Positions 40,757 to 50,587 of a DNA stretch of 64,000 bases are shown in pieces. Positions within the stretch are counted from its first letter, which is position 1. Each line of letters opens with the position of its first letter. A program made the translations under genes and the position numbers. The stretch spans positions 20,461-84,460 of the forward strand of contig JBDGWG010000003.1 in the NCBI GenBank assembly GCA_039585235.1. The letters run 5' to 3'. This DNA is from Gemmatimonadota bacterium (lineage in GTDB: Bacteria > Gemmatimonadota > Gemmatimonadetes > Palauibacterales > Palauibacteraceae). The notes beneath the pieces were generated by a model that did not search any database, was not told where the DNA came from, and was given only the letters and a program-made list of their open reading frames with translations.

Positions 40757-41731
40757 ATGAGCCCCCACGGTCGCTCGGTCGTCGTGGCTATCGGGGGCAA
40801 CGCCCTGTCGCCAGCCGGAGAGTCCGCGTCGGTGGCGAACCAGTTCCGCCACACCCGGGAAAGCATGGAGCCGATCGTGGCCCTCGCTCTGCAGGGTTGG
40901 CGCATCGCCGTCGTGCACGGAAATGGGCCGCAGGTCGGCGATGAGCTGCAGAGAAACGAGGTAGCTCGCTCGAGGGTCGAGCAGCTCCCGTTGGGAGTCC
41001 TGGTCGCGGCTACGGCGGGATGGATCGGGTATATGATTCAGCAGTCCCTGCAGAACGCCCTGCAGGCGGCCGGGAGTGACCGCCGCGTGGTCACGCTGAT
41101 CACGCAGGCTCTGGTCGATCCGGAGGATCCGTCGATCCGCGAACCGGTCAAGTTCATCGGCCGCGGAATCAGGCCGGGCGTGGCCGAGGAGTTACGGGAG
41201 GAGGGCATCCAGATCGAGGCGGACTCGCGCGGCAACCTGCGTCGGCGAGTGCCCAGTCCCGTGCCCGTCCAGATCTGCGAATCCAGAATGGTTGCCGAGC
41301 TGGTGGCCCGGGGGGACATCGTCATCGCGGCGGGCGGCGGGGGAATCCCCGTATACCGGGATCCGCAGCTGGGTCTGGACGGTGTGGACGCGGTGGTGGA
41401 CAAGGACAGGGCGGCCGCGCTTCTCGGCCACGAGATCGACGCAGCCATGCTTCTCATCCTGACGGATGTCGACGGCGTGTATGAAGACTGGGGCACCGAG
41501 GATGCGCGGCTGGTGTCCAGGATGACCGCATCGGAGGCAGGTGCGCTGCTGGCGTCCGGGGCTCTCGGAGCCGGGAGCATGGGGCCGAAGGTGGAGGCGG
41601 CAGTGCATTTCGTCGAAGGAGGAGGGGAGCGGGCGATCATCGCCGCTCTGCACAACGGGCCGGCGGGTCTTGCGGGGACCTCGGGGACGACGGTCACGCC
41701 GAACAGAATACCGTCCGGCGGTTTCGAGTGA
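40757..41731 (+). CDS. arcC: Carbamate kinase-family protein (amino-acid kinase fold), orphan
   Basis: Motifs VVVAIGGNAL, VVHGNGPQVG and IAAGGGGIP. About 324 aa. No arcA/arcB/arcD nearby. Confidence 0.7.
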   Translation: MSPHGRSVVVAIGGNALSPAGESASVANQFRHTRESMEPIVALALQGWRIAVVHGNGPQVGDELQRNEVARSRVEQLPLGVLVAATAGWIGYMIQQSLQNALQAAGSDRRVVTLITQALVDPEDPSIREPVKFIGRGIRPGVAEELREEGIQIEADSRGNLRRRVPSPVPVQICESRMVAELVARGDIVIAAGGGGIPVYRDPQLGLDGVDAVVDKDRAAALLGHEIDAAMLLILTDVDGVYEDWGTEDARLVSRMTASEAGALLASGALGAGSMGPKVEAAVHFVEGGGERAIIAALHNGPAGLAGTSGTTVTPNRIPSGGFE

Positions 41732-41753
41732 ACACGAGACGGCGAAGGCAGTC

Positions 41754-42896
41754 ATGAACATTCACGAGTATCAGGCCAAAGAGATCCTTCGTGCCCATGG
41801 AGTGCCGGTTCCTCCGGGCGAGATCGCGACGACCCCTGAGGAGGCGGAACGCATCGCGGCCGCTTTCGGAGGTATGGTCGTCGTGAAGGCACAGGTCCAC
41901 GCCGGAGGACGGGGGAAGGCGGGGGGCGTCAAGCTGGCCGACGACGCGGCCGACGCGCGATCGAAGGCCGAGGCGATCCTCGGACTGGAGATCAAGGGGC
42001 TCACGGTCGAGAAGGTCTTGATCACGCCGGCCGAGGACATCGCCACGGAGGCTTATCTGGGCATCGTGATGGACCGGGGTTCGCAGAGCGATGTCATCAT
42101 GGTCTCATCCGAAGGCGGAATCGACATCGAGGAAGTCGCTGCCACGAACCCCGATGCCATTCACAAGCTGGCGATCGACGCCAGGTATGGGCTCCTTCCG
42201 CACCAGGCATCCGTCCTTGCCTTTGGTCTGTACGGTGACGCGAGGCTGGCCAGGCAGGCGGCACGGATCATTACTCAACTCTATGAGGCGTACAGGGCGG
42301 CTGGCTGCACTCTGGCGGAGATTAATCCGTTGATTTCGACGCCGGCCGGTGAGGTCAAGGCGATCGACGCCAAGATGAACATCGACGATAACGCTTTGTT
42401 CAGGCTTCCCGACGTCGAGGCGATGCGCGACGAGTCGGCGGAGGATCCGGCCGAGCGCAAGGCGCGCGAGGCCGGTCTGAGCTATATCCAGCTGGACGGC
42501 GACGTCGGCTGCTGCGTGAATGGAGCCGGCCTCGCGATGGCTACGATGGACCTTGTGAAACACTACGGAGGAGAGCCGGCCAACTTCCTGGACATCGGGG
42601 GCTCCTCGAACCCCGACAAGGTAGTCACGGCCTTCGAGATCATCACGTCGGATCCGAACGTCAAGTCGATCCTGTTCAATATCTTCGGAGGCATCACGAG
42701 GTGCGACGATGTGGCAAACGGGATTGTTGAGGCGACGCACCGGATCGATGTGGGCCTTCCCATCGCGATCCGTCTGACCGGGACCAACGAGGAGGTGGCC
42801 GTCGAAATCCTGAAGAAGAGCGGATTCGAGGCCATGACGGACATGGACGAGGTGGTAAGGCGGGCAGTCGCACTGGCGGCGGTCGCTTCGAGCTAA
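41754..42896 (+). CDS. sucC: Succinyl-CoA ligase [ADP-forming] subunit beta
   Basis: Motifs [15 protein letters not shown]-grasp [18 protein letters not shown], and [11 protein letters not shown]. Confidence 0.92.
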   Translation: MNIHEYQAKEILRAHGVPVPPGEIATTPEEAERIAAAFGGMVVVKAQVHAGGRGKAGGVKLADDAADARSKAEAILGLEIKGLTVEKVLITPAEDIATEAYLGIVMDRGSQSDVIMVSSEGGIDIEEVAATNPDAIHKLAIDARYGLLPHQASVLAFGLYGDARLARQAARIITQLYEAYRAAGCTLAEINPLISTPAGEVKAIDAKMNIDDNALFRLPDVEAMRDESAEDPAERKAREAGLSYIQLDGDVGCCVNGAGLAMATMDLVKHYGGEPANFLDIGGSSNPDKVVTAFEIITSDPNVKSILFNIFGGITRCDDVANGIVEATHRIDVGLPIAIRLTGTNEEVAVEILKKSGFEAMTDMDEVVRRAVALAAVASS

Positions 42897-42938
42897 GCAA
42901 AGCGGGAATTGGCACAGACAGTAAGAGGATCTTCAGTC

Positions 42939-43814
42939 ATGAGCATATTCATCGACGGCGATACGCGCCTGGTCGTGCAGGGGATTACGGGTCGCGACGG
43001 CTCCTTCCACGCGCGCCAGATGATCGAGTATGGGACCAGGGTCGTCGCGGGGGTGACCCCGGGCAAGGGCGGACAGTTATTCGACGACGCTGTTCCCGTG
43101 TTCGACACGGTGGCCGAGGCGGTGGACGAGACGGGGGTGAACGCCAGCGTGATCTACGTGCCGGCAGCGTTCGCGTCCAGCGCAATCTTCGAGGCGGCGG
43201 ATGCAGGGGTGCGCCTCATCGTGTGCATCACGGAGGGGGTGCCCGTCGCGGACATGATGACCGCGCTGCCTTACGTGCGGGGAAAGGGCGCCCGCCTGAT
43301 CGGCCCGAACTGTCCTGGCCTGATCGCGCCGGGCATTGGCAAAGTAGGGATTCTGCCGGGTCAGATCGTGACTCCGGGCCCGGTGGGAATCGTGAGCCGC
43401 TCCGGGACCCTGACGTACGAGGTGATCTTCCAGCTCACTCGGCACGGAATAGGCCAGTCCACCTGTGTTGGCATCGGTGGAGATCCCCTGATCGGTACGG
43501 ATTTCGTGGACTGCCTGCGGGCATTCGAGGAGGACCCCGACACGAGTGCCGTGGCCGTGATCGGAGAGATCGGGGGCACGGACGAGCAGGTAGCCGCCGA
43601 GTTCGTGCGCGATCACATGTCGAAGCCGGTCGTCGGCTTCATCGCAGGTCAGACCGCGCCACCAGGTCGCCGCATGGGCCATGCGGGAGCCATTATTTCC
43701 GGCTCAGAGGGTACGGCGGCTGAGAAGATGGCCGCGTTCCGTGACTGCGGTATAGCTGTGGCAGAGCGGCCAGCCGACCTGGTGGGCCTCATCGAGGCGA
43801 GACTGCCTGACTAA
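42939..43814 (+). CDS. sucD: Succinyl-CoA ligase [ADP-forming] subunit alpha
   Basis: CoA-binding motif [13 protein letters not shown]. Phospho-His region SRSGTLTYE. Confidence 0.92.
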   Translation: MSIFIDGDTRLVVQGITGRDGSFHARQMIEYGTRVVAGVTPGKGGQLFDDAVPVFDTVAEAVDETGVNASVIYVPAAFASSAIFEAADAGVRLIVCITEGVPVADMMTALPYVRGKGARLIGPNCPGLIAPGIGKVGILPGQIVTPGPVGIVSRSGTLTYEVIFQLTRHGIGQSTCVGIGGDPLIGTDFVDCLRAFEEDPDTSAVAVIGEIGGTDEQVAAEFVRDHMSKPVVGFIAGQTAPPGRRMGHAGAIISGSEGTAAEKMAAFRDCGIAVAERPADLVGLIEARLPD

Positions 43815-43829
43815 CTGCCTGACTAATAG
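43803..43829 (+). repeat. Tandem 12-bp direct duplication (ctgcctgactaa x2) at the sucD stop, giving in-frame stops TAA-TAA-TAG
   Basis: Read directly: ...aga ctg cct gac taa ctg cct gac taa tag. Confidence 0.7.
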
Positions 43830-43838
43830 AGGGACACT

Positions 43839-44270
43839 TTGAGTATGACTGAGATGGATACGCTGACCATCATCAAGCCGGATGCCCTCGGGTCGGGCAG
43901 GGCAGGCAAGATCATCGCGCACCTGGAAGCGGCCGGATTCCATGTCGTCGCGGCCCGGGTGAAGCATCTCACGCGCGGTGAGGCCGAGGAGTTCTACGCG
44001 GTTCACCGTGAGCGGCCGTTCTTCGGCTCGCTCGTCGACTTCATGACCTCGGGGCCGTGCATGCCGCTTCTTCTGAGGCGACAGAACGCGGTCGCAGAGC
44101 TGCGGCGGGTGATCGGGGCGACTGACCCGGCAGAGGCGGACGAGGGTACGGTTCGGGCGCTCTATGCGGAGAGCAAAGAGCGAAACGCGATCCACGCTTC
44201 CGACTCGCCGGAGAACGCCGAAATGGAGATCGCCTTTTTCTTCGCTGGCATGGAGCGGCTCCAGGGCTGA
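43839..44270 (+). CDS. ndk: Nucleoside diphosphate kinase
   Basis: Motifs TIIKPDA and NAIHASDS, with the active-site His. Confidence 0.92.
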   Translation: MSMTEMDTLTIIKPDALGSGRAGKIIAHLEAAGFHVVAARVKHLTRGEAEEFYAVHRERPFFGSLVDFMTSGPCMPLLLRRQNAVAELRRVIGATDPAEADEGTVRALYAESKERNAIHASDSPENAEMEIAFFFAGMERLQG

Positions 44271-44312
44271 CGAGCACTCCGGCGGTGATTGACAAAACCT
44301 ACTTGAAGGGCT

Positions 44313-44888
44313 ATGAATAGCGGCTTCCCGGCAGGGCGGGTCGATCTCGACAGGCTCCGAAGGGGGCCTGTCGAGTGGTCGGGCGCGCTTTCTGGCGAGC
44401 TCGATGCGTGGGGACTCGAGCGATGGGATGTCGCGGCTCCCCCACGGTTGATGTATCGGGCCGAGCCGGGAGGGCACGGGGGAGTGCGGGTCGTGGGGCA
44501 GCTGGCAGCAACTCTGATCGTGAGTTGCCGGCGCTGCCTGCGCGACATGCAGTGGCCGATGGAGATCGAGTTCGATTTCCGGTTCGACCCGGCGGTGCCA
44601 GAAGGCGAGGAGGGGGAGGGCGTGTTCACGATGGATCCGGACGCTGCCGCCCTGGACCTTTCGCGGCCACTCCGCGAGGAGCTGGTGCTGGATTCGCCGG
44701 AGTATCCGGTATGCCGGGAGGGGTGTCTCGGGCTGTGCCCGATCTGCGGCGCGGACCTGAACGAATCTGCCTGCGAGTGCAGCGGGAAGGAGCCGGACCC
44801 CCGCTGGGATGTGCTGAGGAAACTGGTTTCGGGCGGACAGCCAAGGGCGGCCGCCAAAGATGACGGAGACGATAGCAACGACGGATAG
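44313..44888 (+). CDS. yceD: YceD/DUF177 family protein (large-subunit ribosome accumulation protein)
   Basis: Cys-rich C-terminus CRRC...CPICGADLNESACEC, located immediately upstream of rpmF. Confidence 0.72.
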   Translation: MNSGFPAGRVDLDRLRRGPVEWSGALSGELDAWGLERWDVAAPPRLMYRAEPGGHGGVRVVGQLAATLIVSCRRCLRDMQWPMEIEFDFRFDPAVPEGEEGEGVFTMDPDAAALDLSRPLREELVLDSPEYPVCREGCLGLCPICGADLNESACECSGKEPDPRWDVLRKLVSGGQPRAAAKDDGDDSNDG

Positions 44889-44899
44889 GGAGTCGGATC

Positions 44900-45082
44900 A
44901 TGGCGGTACCCAAGAGACGGACCTCGAAGCAGCGCAAGCGGAAGCGCCGTACGCATCATGTCGCGGCGAACACCGCTCACCAGGCCTGCCCGAGATGCGG
45001 CGATCCTCGGAGGCCACACCGGGTGTGTCCCACGTGCGGCCACTACGGCGAGCGGGAGATCGTCCGAACCGAAGAGTTCTGA
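44900..45082 (+). CDS. rpmF: 50S ribosomal protein L32
   Basis: N-terminus MAVPKRRTSKQRKRKRR with a zinc ribbon CPRCG...CPTCG. Confidence 0.9.
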   Translation: MAVPKRRTSKQRKRKRRTHHVAANTAHQACPRCGDPRRPHRVCPTCGHYGEREIVRTEEF

Positions 45083-45108
45083 CCGGCCCGCGGCCGAGCC
45101 AGGGTGAC

Positions 45109-46119
45109 ATGCATCGCATCGCGCTGGACGCGATGGGAGGAGACGGCGCGCCCCGAGTCATCATCGAGGGCGCGCTGTCTGCCGTTCGGGAGTGGCCGCA
45201 CCGGTTCGACATACTGCTCGTGGGCATTCCCGAGCGCCTGCGCCCAGAGCTTCCATCGGACATTCCCGGTGGGATCGAGATCGTGCCCGCGAGTGAAGTC
45301 GTGGAAGGTCACGAGTCCCCGGTCAGGGCGATCCGTCGCAAACCCGACAGCTCGATAACGGTGGGCCTCGGCCTTCTTCAGCGCGGTGCCGCCGACGCCT
45401 TCATCAGTGCGGGGTCCACCGGCGCGGTAATGGCGGCCTCGAGGCTTCTCCTGGGACTGCTCCCGGGAGTGGATCGGCCCACCATCGGTACCATGTTTCC
45501 AACTGCGGGCTCGCCCGTCCTGGTCGTCGACGCCGGCGCGAACATCGACACGCGTCCCCACCAGTTGCTGCAGTTCGCACACCTCGGCTCCGTATACGTG
45601 CGCGACCTGCTGGCCATAGAGGCCCCGCGGGTAGGCTTGCTCAACGTGGGAGAAGAACCGTCCAAGGGAGACGACCGCGCGGTGGCGACGCACAGGCTAC
45701 TCGAGGAAGATGAGGAGCTGAACTTCGTGGGAAACATCGAGGCGCACCGGATCGTCGAAGGTGCCTGCGATGTGCTCGTGTGCGATGGCTTCGTGGGCAA
45801 TGTGCTGCTGAAGTTCTACGAGTCAGTAGCAGGTTTCATGGTCGGTGTCCTGGAGCGTGAGCTCGATTCCGAGTCGTGCGGAGAGGGCCTGAGGGAGGCA
45901 TACCGCAGGGTCGACTACGCCGAGTACGGAGGGGCTCCGCTCCTCGGTGTGGACGGGGTCTCGGTCATCTGCCATGGCGCATCGTCAGCCCGGGCAATCA
46001 AGAACGCGATTCGTATGGCGGGTACGTGCCTGGAGTCCGGCATGGTGGCGGACCTGGCGTCCGAGCTCGGACCGACGAGCCGGACGGCACGCGTGTGGCG
46101 GCGGATTCGCCGCCGCTGA
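45109..46119 (+). CDS. plsX: Phosphate acyltransferase PlsX
   Basis: N-terminal motif IALDAMGGDGAP and the PlsX domain. The start is at the internal ATG, after the rpmF stop. Confidence 0.9.
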   Translation: MHRIALDAMGGDGAPRVIIEGALSAVREWPHRFDILLVGIPERLRPELPSDIPGGIEIVPASEVVEGHESPVRAIRRKPDSSITVGLGLLQRGAADAFISAGSTGAVMAASRLLLGLLPGVDRPTIGTMFPTAGSPVLVVDAGANIDTRPHQLLQFAHLGSVYVRDLLAIEAPRVGLLNVGEEPSKGDDRAVATHRLLEEDEELNFVGNIEAHRIVEGACDVLVCDGFVGNVLLKFYESVAGFMVGVLERELDSESCGEGLREAYRRVDYAEYGGAPLLGVDGVSVICHGASSARAIKNAIRMAGTCLESGMVADLASELGPTSRTARVWRRIRRR

Positions 46120-46175
46120 ATCGGAATCCACCCCGCTCCGTGCGCAGCGCGGCGCTTCTGGAGGATGCACGAACG

Positions 46176-47129
46176 ATGTCTGCCCGAGAGATAGCTCTTC
46201 TTCTGCCCGGACAGGGCTCGCAGTTCGTCGGCATGGGCAGGGATCTGGCCCTCGTCCATCCACGGGCGGCGGCGGCGTTCGAGCGCGCTAACGATGTTCT
46301 GGGCGTCGACCTGCGGAAGATTTGCTGGGAGGGGCCCGAGGACGAGCTGACTCGTACGGAGAACGCCCAGCCGGCGATATTGCTGCACAGCTATGCCGTG
46401 TGGATCTGCATGCCCGACGCGGTTCGAAAGAGGGTAACGGTCGCAGCCGGCCACTCGCTCGGAGAATTCACGGCCTACCTGGCTGCTGGAACGATCGACT
46501 TCGAAGACGCACTGCGGATCGTGCGGATACGCGGAGAGCTCATGAGCAGGGCGGGGACGGTGCGGCCGGGCACGATGGCGGCGTTGATCGGTCTCGACGC
46601 GGGGACTGTGCAGGATCTCTGCTCGTCGGTATCGGAGGGCATCGTCGTTCCCGCGAACTACAATGCACCGGGCCAGATCGTGATCAGCGGAGACGTTTCG
46701 GCGGTTGAGGTAGCCCGGGAACGAGCGCTCGCCGCAGGAGCGAAGCGGGCGGTTCCCCTGAACGTCAGCGGGGCTTTCCACTCTCCGCTCATGGCGGAGG
46801 CTCGTGACGGGTTGGCGCATGCCCTGGGCAGTTTACAGGTGCGCAATCCGGAATTCCCTGTCGTTGCGAACGCCGTGGCGTCCCCCGTCATCGACGCCGC
46901 ACGGGCCCGCGAGCTGCTCGTGGAGCAGTTGACGTCACCCGTCCGATGGGTAGAATGCGTCCGATCGATTATTGCGACGAAACCGGACGTGTGGTTCGAG
47001 GTGGGGCCGGACAGAGTCCTGACCGGGTTGATGCGACGCATCGACCGAACGATGGACGTTCGCTCGATCGAGGGTCCGGAAGACCTCGACGCCGGCGGAG
47101 TATTCCACGAGGAGGGCGACGATGCGTGA
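46176..47129 (+). CDS. fabD: Malonyl CoA-acyl carrier protein transacylase
   Basis: Motifs LLPGQGSQFVGMG and active-site AGHSLGEFTA. Confidence 0.9.
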   Translation: MSAREIALLLPGQGSQFVGMGRDLALVHPRAAAAFERANDVLGVDLRKICWEGPEDELTRTENAQPAILLHSYAVWICMPDAVRKRVTVAAGHSLGEFTAYLAAGTIDFEDALRIVRIRGELMSRAGTVRPGTMAALIGLDAGTVQDLCSSVSEGIVVPANYNAPGQIVISGDVSAVEVARERALAAGAKRAVPLNVSGAFHSPLMAEARDGLAHALGSLQVRNPEFPVVANAVASPVIDAARARELLVEQLTSPVRWVECVRSIIATKPDVWFEVGPDRVLTGLMRRIDRTMDVRSIEGPEDLDAGGVFHEEGDDA

Positions 47130-47856
47130 ACTCGAAGGCAAGGTGGCCGTCGTCACCGGCGGATCGAGAGGTATCGGCCGGGCCGCGACGGGCGAGCTCA
47201 GCCGAGCCGGGGCATCGGTGGCGGTCGTGGCGAGATCCGAGGAGCGGGCGCAGGCCACGGTCGATGGACTGAACGGGAAGTGCGCAGCTTTCGCATGCGA
47301 TGTGGCGGAGTCGACGCAGTGTGTTGACCTCATGATGGCGGTCGAGGAGCGTCTGGGGCCGATCGATATCCTCGTAAACAACGCGGGCATCACGCGAGAC
47401 AATATTCTGGTGCGTCTGAAAGACGAAGACTGGGAGGCCGTCCTGAACACGAACCTCCGGGGCGCATTCAACACGACGCGGGCCGTGGCCCGTGGCATGA
47501 TGAAGCGGCGAAGCGGCCGCATCATCAATATCGCCAGTGTGGTAGGCTTGACGGGGAACCCGGGACAAGCCAACTATGCGGCGTCCAAGGCAGGTCTGGT
47601 CGGCTTTACGAAATCCGTCGCCCAGGAACTCGCGGCCCGAGGTGTTCTGGCCAACGTCGTCGCACCGGGTTTCATCGAGACGGACATGACCGCCGAGCTT
47701 CCCGACGAAGCGCGGGAAGCCCTGTCTGAGCGTATTCCGCTCGGGCGGTTCGGGACTCCTGATGATGTGGCTGGAGCCATTCGCTTCTTGGCGGGACCAG
47801 CGGCCACCTACATTACCGGACAGGTACTGGTGGTGGACGGTGGCATGGTGATGTAG
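47122..47856 (+). CDS. fabG: 3-oxoacyl-[acyl-carrier-protein] reductase
   Basis: SDR cofactor motif VTGGSRGIG and the NNAG motif. Active site YAASKAG. Confidence 0.9.
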   Translation: MRELEGKVAVVTGGSRGIGRAATGELSRAGASVAVVARSEERAQATVDGLNGKCAAFACDVAESTQCVDLMMAVEERLGPIDILVNNAGITRDNILVRLKDEDWEAVLNTNLRGAFNTTRAVARGMMKRRSGRIINIASVVGLTGNPGQANYAASKAGLVGFTKSVAQELAARGVLANVVAPGFIETDMTAELPDEAREALSERIPLGRFGTPDDVAGAIRFLAGPAATYITGQVLVVDGGMVM

Positions 47857-47889
47857 CCGGCGCTTCGTCGGGAAGGCCGGATGGAACGA

Positions 47890-47905
47890 AACAACAACAA
47901 CAACA
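47890..47905 (+). repeat. (AAC)5 A/C-rich tract in the acpP leader
   Basis: aacaacaacaacaacag lies 12 nt upstream of the acpP ATG, in a genome that is otherwise about 67% GC. Confidence 0.6.
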
Positions 47906-47917
47906 GAGGTTTGGATC

Positions 47918-48151
47918 ATGTCCGACGCTGCTGACAGAGTCAGAGAGATCATCGCCAATGAGCTGGGCGTGGAGATGGAGAAAGTCGCCGACGAGGCGTC
48001 GTTCGTCGAAGACCTCGGTGCGGATTCGCTCGACACGGTGGAGCTCGTGATGGCATTCGAGGAGGAGTTCGGGGTGGAGATTCCCGACGAGGACGCCGAG
48101 CAGATGCAAACGGTGGGTGACGCCATCCGTTATCTCCAGGACAAGGAGTAA
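47918..48151 (+). CDS. acpP: Acyl carrier protein
   Basis: 77 aa. Phosphopantetheine attachment site [11 protein letters not shown]. Confidence 0.93.
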   Translation: MSDAADRVREIIANELGVEMEKVADEASFVEDLGADSLDTVELVMAFEEEFGVEIPDEDAEQMQTVGDAIRYLQDKE

Positions 48152-48182
48152 CCTCCCACCCCCTTAGGAGGAGGAGATACGG

Positions 48183-49439
48183 ATGTCCGACGTGCGGCGC
48201 GTGGTGGTCACGGGCCTTGGTCTCGTCACGCCGGTCGGCCTTGACGTAGAGGGAACGTGGGATGCGCTGATCGCTGGACGCTCCGGCGGAGCGCCGATCA
48301 CGCAATTCGACGCATCCGATCAGTCCGTGCGGTTCGCGTGCGAAGTCAAGGGTTTTGACCCCCAGCAGTACATGGAGCGGAAGGAGGTCCGGAGGGCCGA
48401 CCGTTTCCTGCACCTGGTGATGGGCGCAACCCAGCAGGCCGTGGACCAGGCGGACATCGATTCGGCAGTCGTCTCGATTCCCTCTGAGCGCTTCGGCGTC
48501 ATTGTAGGCAGCGGCATTGGTGGTCTCACGACCATGGAGACCCAGCACGCGAAGCTTCTGGAGCGGGGGCCGGGGCGGGTTTCGCCATTCTTCATTCCGA
48601 TGTTCATCGGCGACATGGCGCCCGGCATGATATCGATGAAATACGGGGCCCGGGGACCGAACTACGCCACCGTGTCCGCATGCGCTTCCAGCGGCCACGC
48701 CGTCGGCGCGGCATTTCGGTCCATCCGTACCGGGGAAACCGACGTGATGATCACCGGTGGGACCGAGGCGACGGTCACCCCCCTGTGCATCGCCGGCTTC
48801 GCTTCGATGAAGGCCTTGTCCGAGCGCAACGACTCGCCCGAAACGGCCTCCCGCCCGTTCGATCTCACTCGGGACGGATTCGTGCTGGGAGAGGGCGCGG
48901 GGATCCTCGTACTGGAGGAGATGCAGCATGCCGTGGCTCGCGGCGCCACGATTCTGGGTGAGATCGCGGGCTTCGGGCAGAGCGCCGATGCGTACCACAT
49001 GACGCTGCCGGCTCCCGGTGGGATGGGCGCACAGATCGCGATGCGACTGGCGATGAGGGATGCCGGCCTCGAAGCCGGGGAAGTGGATTACATCAACGCC
49101 CACGGCACGTCCACCCCGGCCAATGACGCGACGGAGACGATCGCGATTAAAGCCGTCCTCGGAGATCGAGCGCGAGAGATCGTCGTAGGCTCGACGAAGT
49201 CCATGACAGGTCACACTCTGGGGGCTGCCGGAGCGATCGAGGCCGGGGTTTCGTTGCTCGTCTGCGAGCGAGGCGTGATTCCGCCTACGATCAACTACGA
49301 GACGCGCGATCCGGAGTGCGACCTGAACTACGGCATCGGGGGACCGACCGAGGGGCCGGTGCGGGCGGTTCTGTCGAACTCGTTCGGGTTCGGCGGCCAC
49401 AACGTGACCCTGGCCGTGCGGCGCTGGGAGGGCGCGTGA
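48183..49439 (+). CDS. fabF: 3-oxoacyl-[acyl-carrier-protein] synthase II
   Basis: KAS active-site Cys in ATVSACASS, His in the HGTST context, and GHTLGAAG. 418 aa. Confidence 0.92.
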   Translation: MSDVRRVVVTGLGLVTPVGLDVEGTWDALIAGRSGGAPITQFDASDQSVRFACEVKGFDPQQYMERKEVRRADRFLHLVMGATQQAVDQADIDSAVVSIPSERFGVIVGSGIGGLTTMETQHAKLLERGPGRVSPFFIPMFIGDMAPGMISMKYGARGPNYATVSACASSGHAVGAAFRSIRTGETDVMITGGTEATVTPLCIAGFASMKALSERNDSPETASRPFDLTRDGFVLGEGAGILVLEEMQHAVARGATILGEIAGFGQSADAYHMTLPAPGGMGAQIAMRLAMRDAGLEAGEVDYINAHGTSTPANDATETIAIKAVLGDRAREIVVGSTKSMTGHTLGAAGAIEAGVSLLVCERGVIPPTINYETRDPECDLNYGIGGPTEGPVRAVLSNSFGFGGHNVTLAVRRWEGA

Positions 49440-50587
49440 TCTTTCCCAGAGCGGATGGGGAGTTGCACGTTCGGCCACGATCCGCGGCTCTCATTCCGAT
49501 CGCGGCCAAGGTCGAGGCAGGTGAGCGCATCTCGCGCGACGATGCGATCGCGCTCTTCGAGACCGACGACCTTCTTGCCGTGGGCAGCATGGCGGACCTG
49601 GTGAACCGGCGGCTGAACGGGGACCGGGTGTTCTACGTGGCCAACCAGCACCTCAACCCGACCAATGTCTGCATCCTCAACAAGGTTTGCGTGTTCTGCT
49701 CATACGGCGTGCGTCCACTCGCGGAGGACGCGTACACGATGACCCTCGACGAGGTGTATGCAGAGGCGGAAGCGGCCCGGACCTCGCCGACGCGGGAGTT
49801 CCATATCGTCGGCGGCCTGCATCCTAAACTGCCGCTTTCGTACTATGCGGACATGATCCGAGGCCTGAAGGAAAGGCATCCCGCCGTTCACATAAAGGCG
49901 CTGACGGCTGTCGAGATCGCACACCTCGCCCGCATCGAAGGAATCAACACCCTGGACGTGCTCCGGGACCTGCAGGACGCCGGTCTGGACGCGATGCCGG
50001 GCGGTGGCGCGGAAGTGTTCAGCCCCGCGGTGCGGTCGACCATCGCGGACCGAAAGCTGGCGGCAGACGCGTGGCTTGGAGTGCATCGGGAGGCCCACGA
50101 ACTGGGAATCCCGACCAATTGCACCCTTCTGTACGGTCATGTCGAGACGGCGGCGGACAGGGTGGATCATATGATCATGCTGAGGGACTTGCAGGACGAG
50201 ACCGGGGGCTTCAGCACGTTCATACCCCTGGCCTGGCATCCCGATAACACGGCCCTGGGACGGGAGATGGGTCTGGAGGGTGATCGGACTGGAGGCGTGG
50301 ACGACCTGAAAGCCCTGGCGGTCGGACGCATCCTCCTCGACAACGTGCCGCATATCAAGACCCACTGGATCATGGTGACGACCAAGATTTCGCAGATCGC
50401 GCTGTCCTTTGGAGTGGATGACCTGGAGGGCACGGTGGTGCTCGAGAAGGTCACCCATGCGGCCGGGGCCGACACACCCACAGGGCTGGACCTGAACGAG
50501 ATCGTCGACCTGATTCGGGATGCGGGCAAGACGCCGGTTGAGAGGGACTCCTTATACAACGCCGTGGAGGAGCCGGTGGTCGCATGA
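49436..50587 (+). CDS. Radical-SAM menaquinone (futalosine-pathway) enzyme, MqnC/MqnE family, paralogue 1
   Basis: CxxxCxFC radical-SAM motif in NVCILNKVCVFCSY. MqnC/MqnE-like CofH/CofG fold. GTGA overlap with the fabF stop. Confidence 0.75.
   Translation: MIFPRADGELHVRPRSAALIPIAAKVEAGERISRDDAIALFETDDLLAVGSMADLVNRRLNGDRVFYVANQHLNPTNVCILNKVCVFCSYGVRPLAEDAYTMTLDEVYAEAEAARTSPTREFHIVGGLHPKLPLSYYADMIRGLKERHPAVHIKALTAVEIAHLARIEGINTLDVLRDLQDAGLDAMPGGGAEVFSPAVRSTIADRKLAADAWLGVHREAHELGIPTNCTLLYGHVETAADRVDHMIMLRDLQDETGGFSTFIPLAWHPDNTALGREMGLEGDRTGGVDDLKALAVGRILLDNVPHIKTHWIMVTTKISQIALSFGVDDLEGTVVLEKVTHAAGADTPTGLDLNEIVDLIRDAGKTPVERDSLYNAVEEPVVA

Noticed and set aside
44289-44317. Near-perfect sigma-70 promoter TTGACA-17-TATGAA just before yceD
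   Set aside because: The -10 element overlaps the yceD ATG at 44313, so it cannot drive this gene. No alternative downstream start codon exists, so it is most likely coincidental.
47949-49478. 509-aa minus-strand ORF over acpP and fabF
   Set aside because: Antisense artefact; the plus-strand genes are unambiguous.
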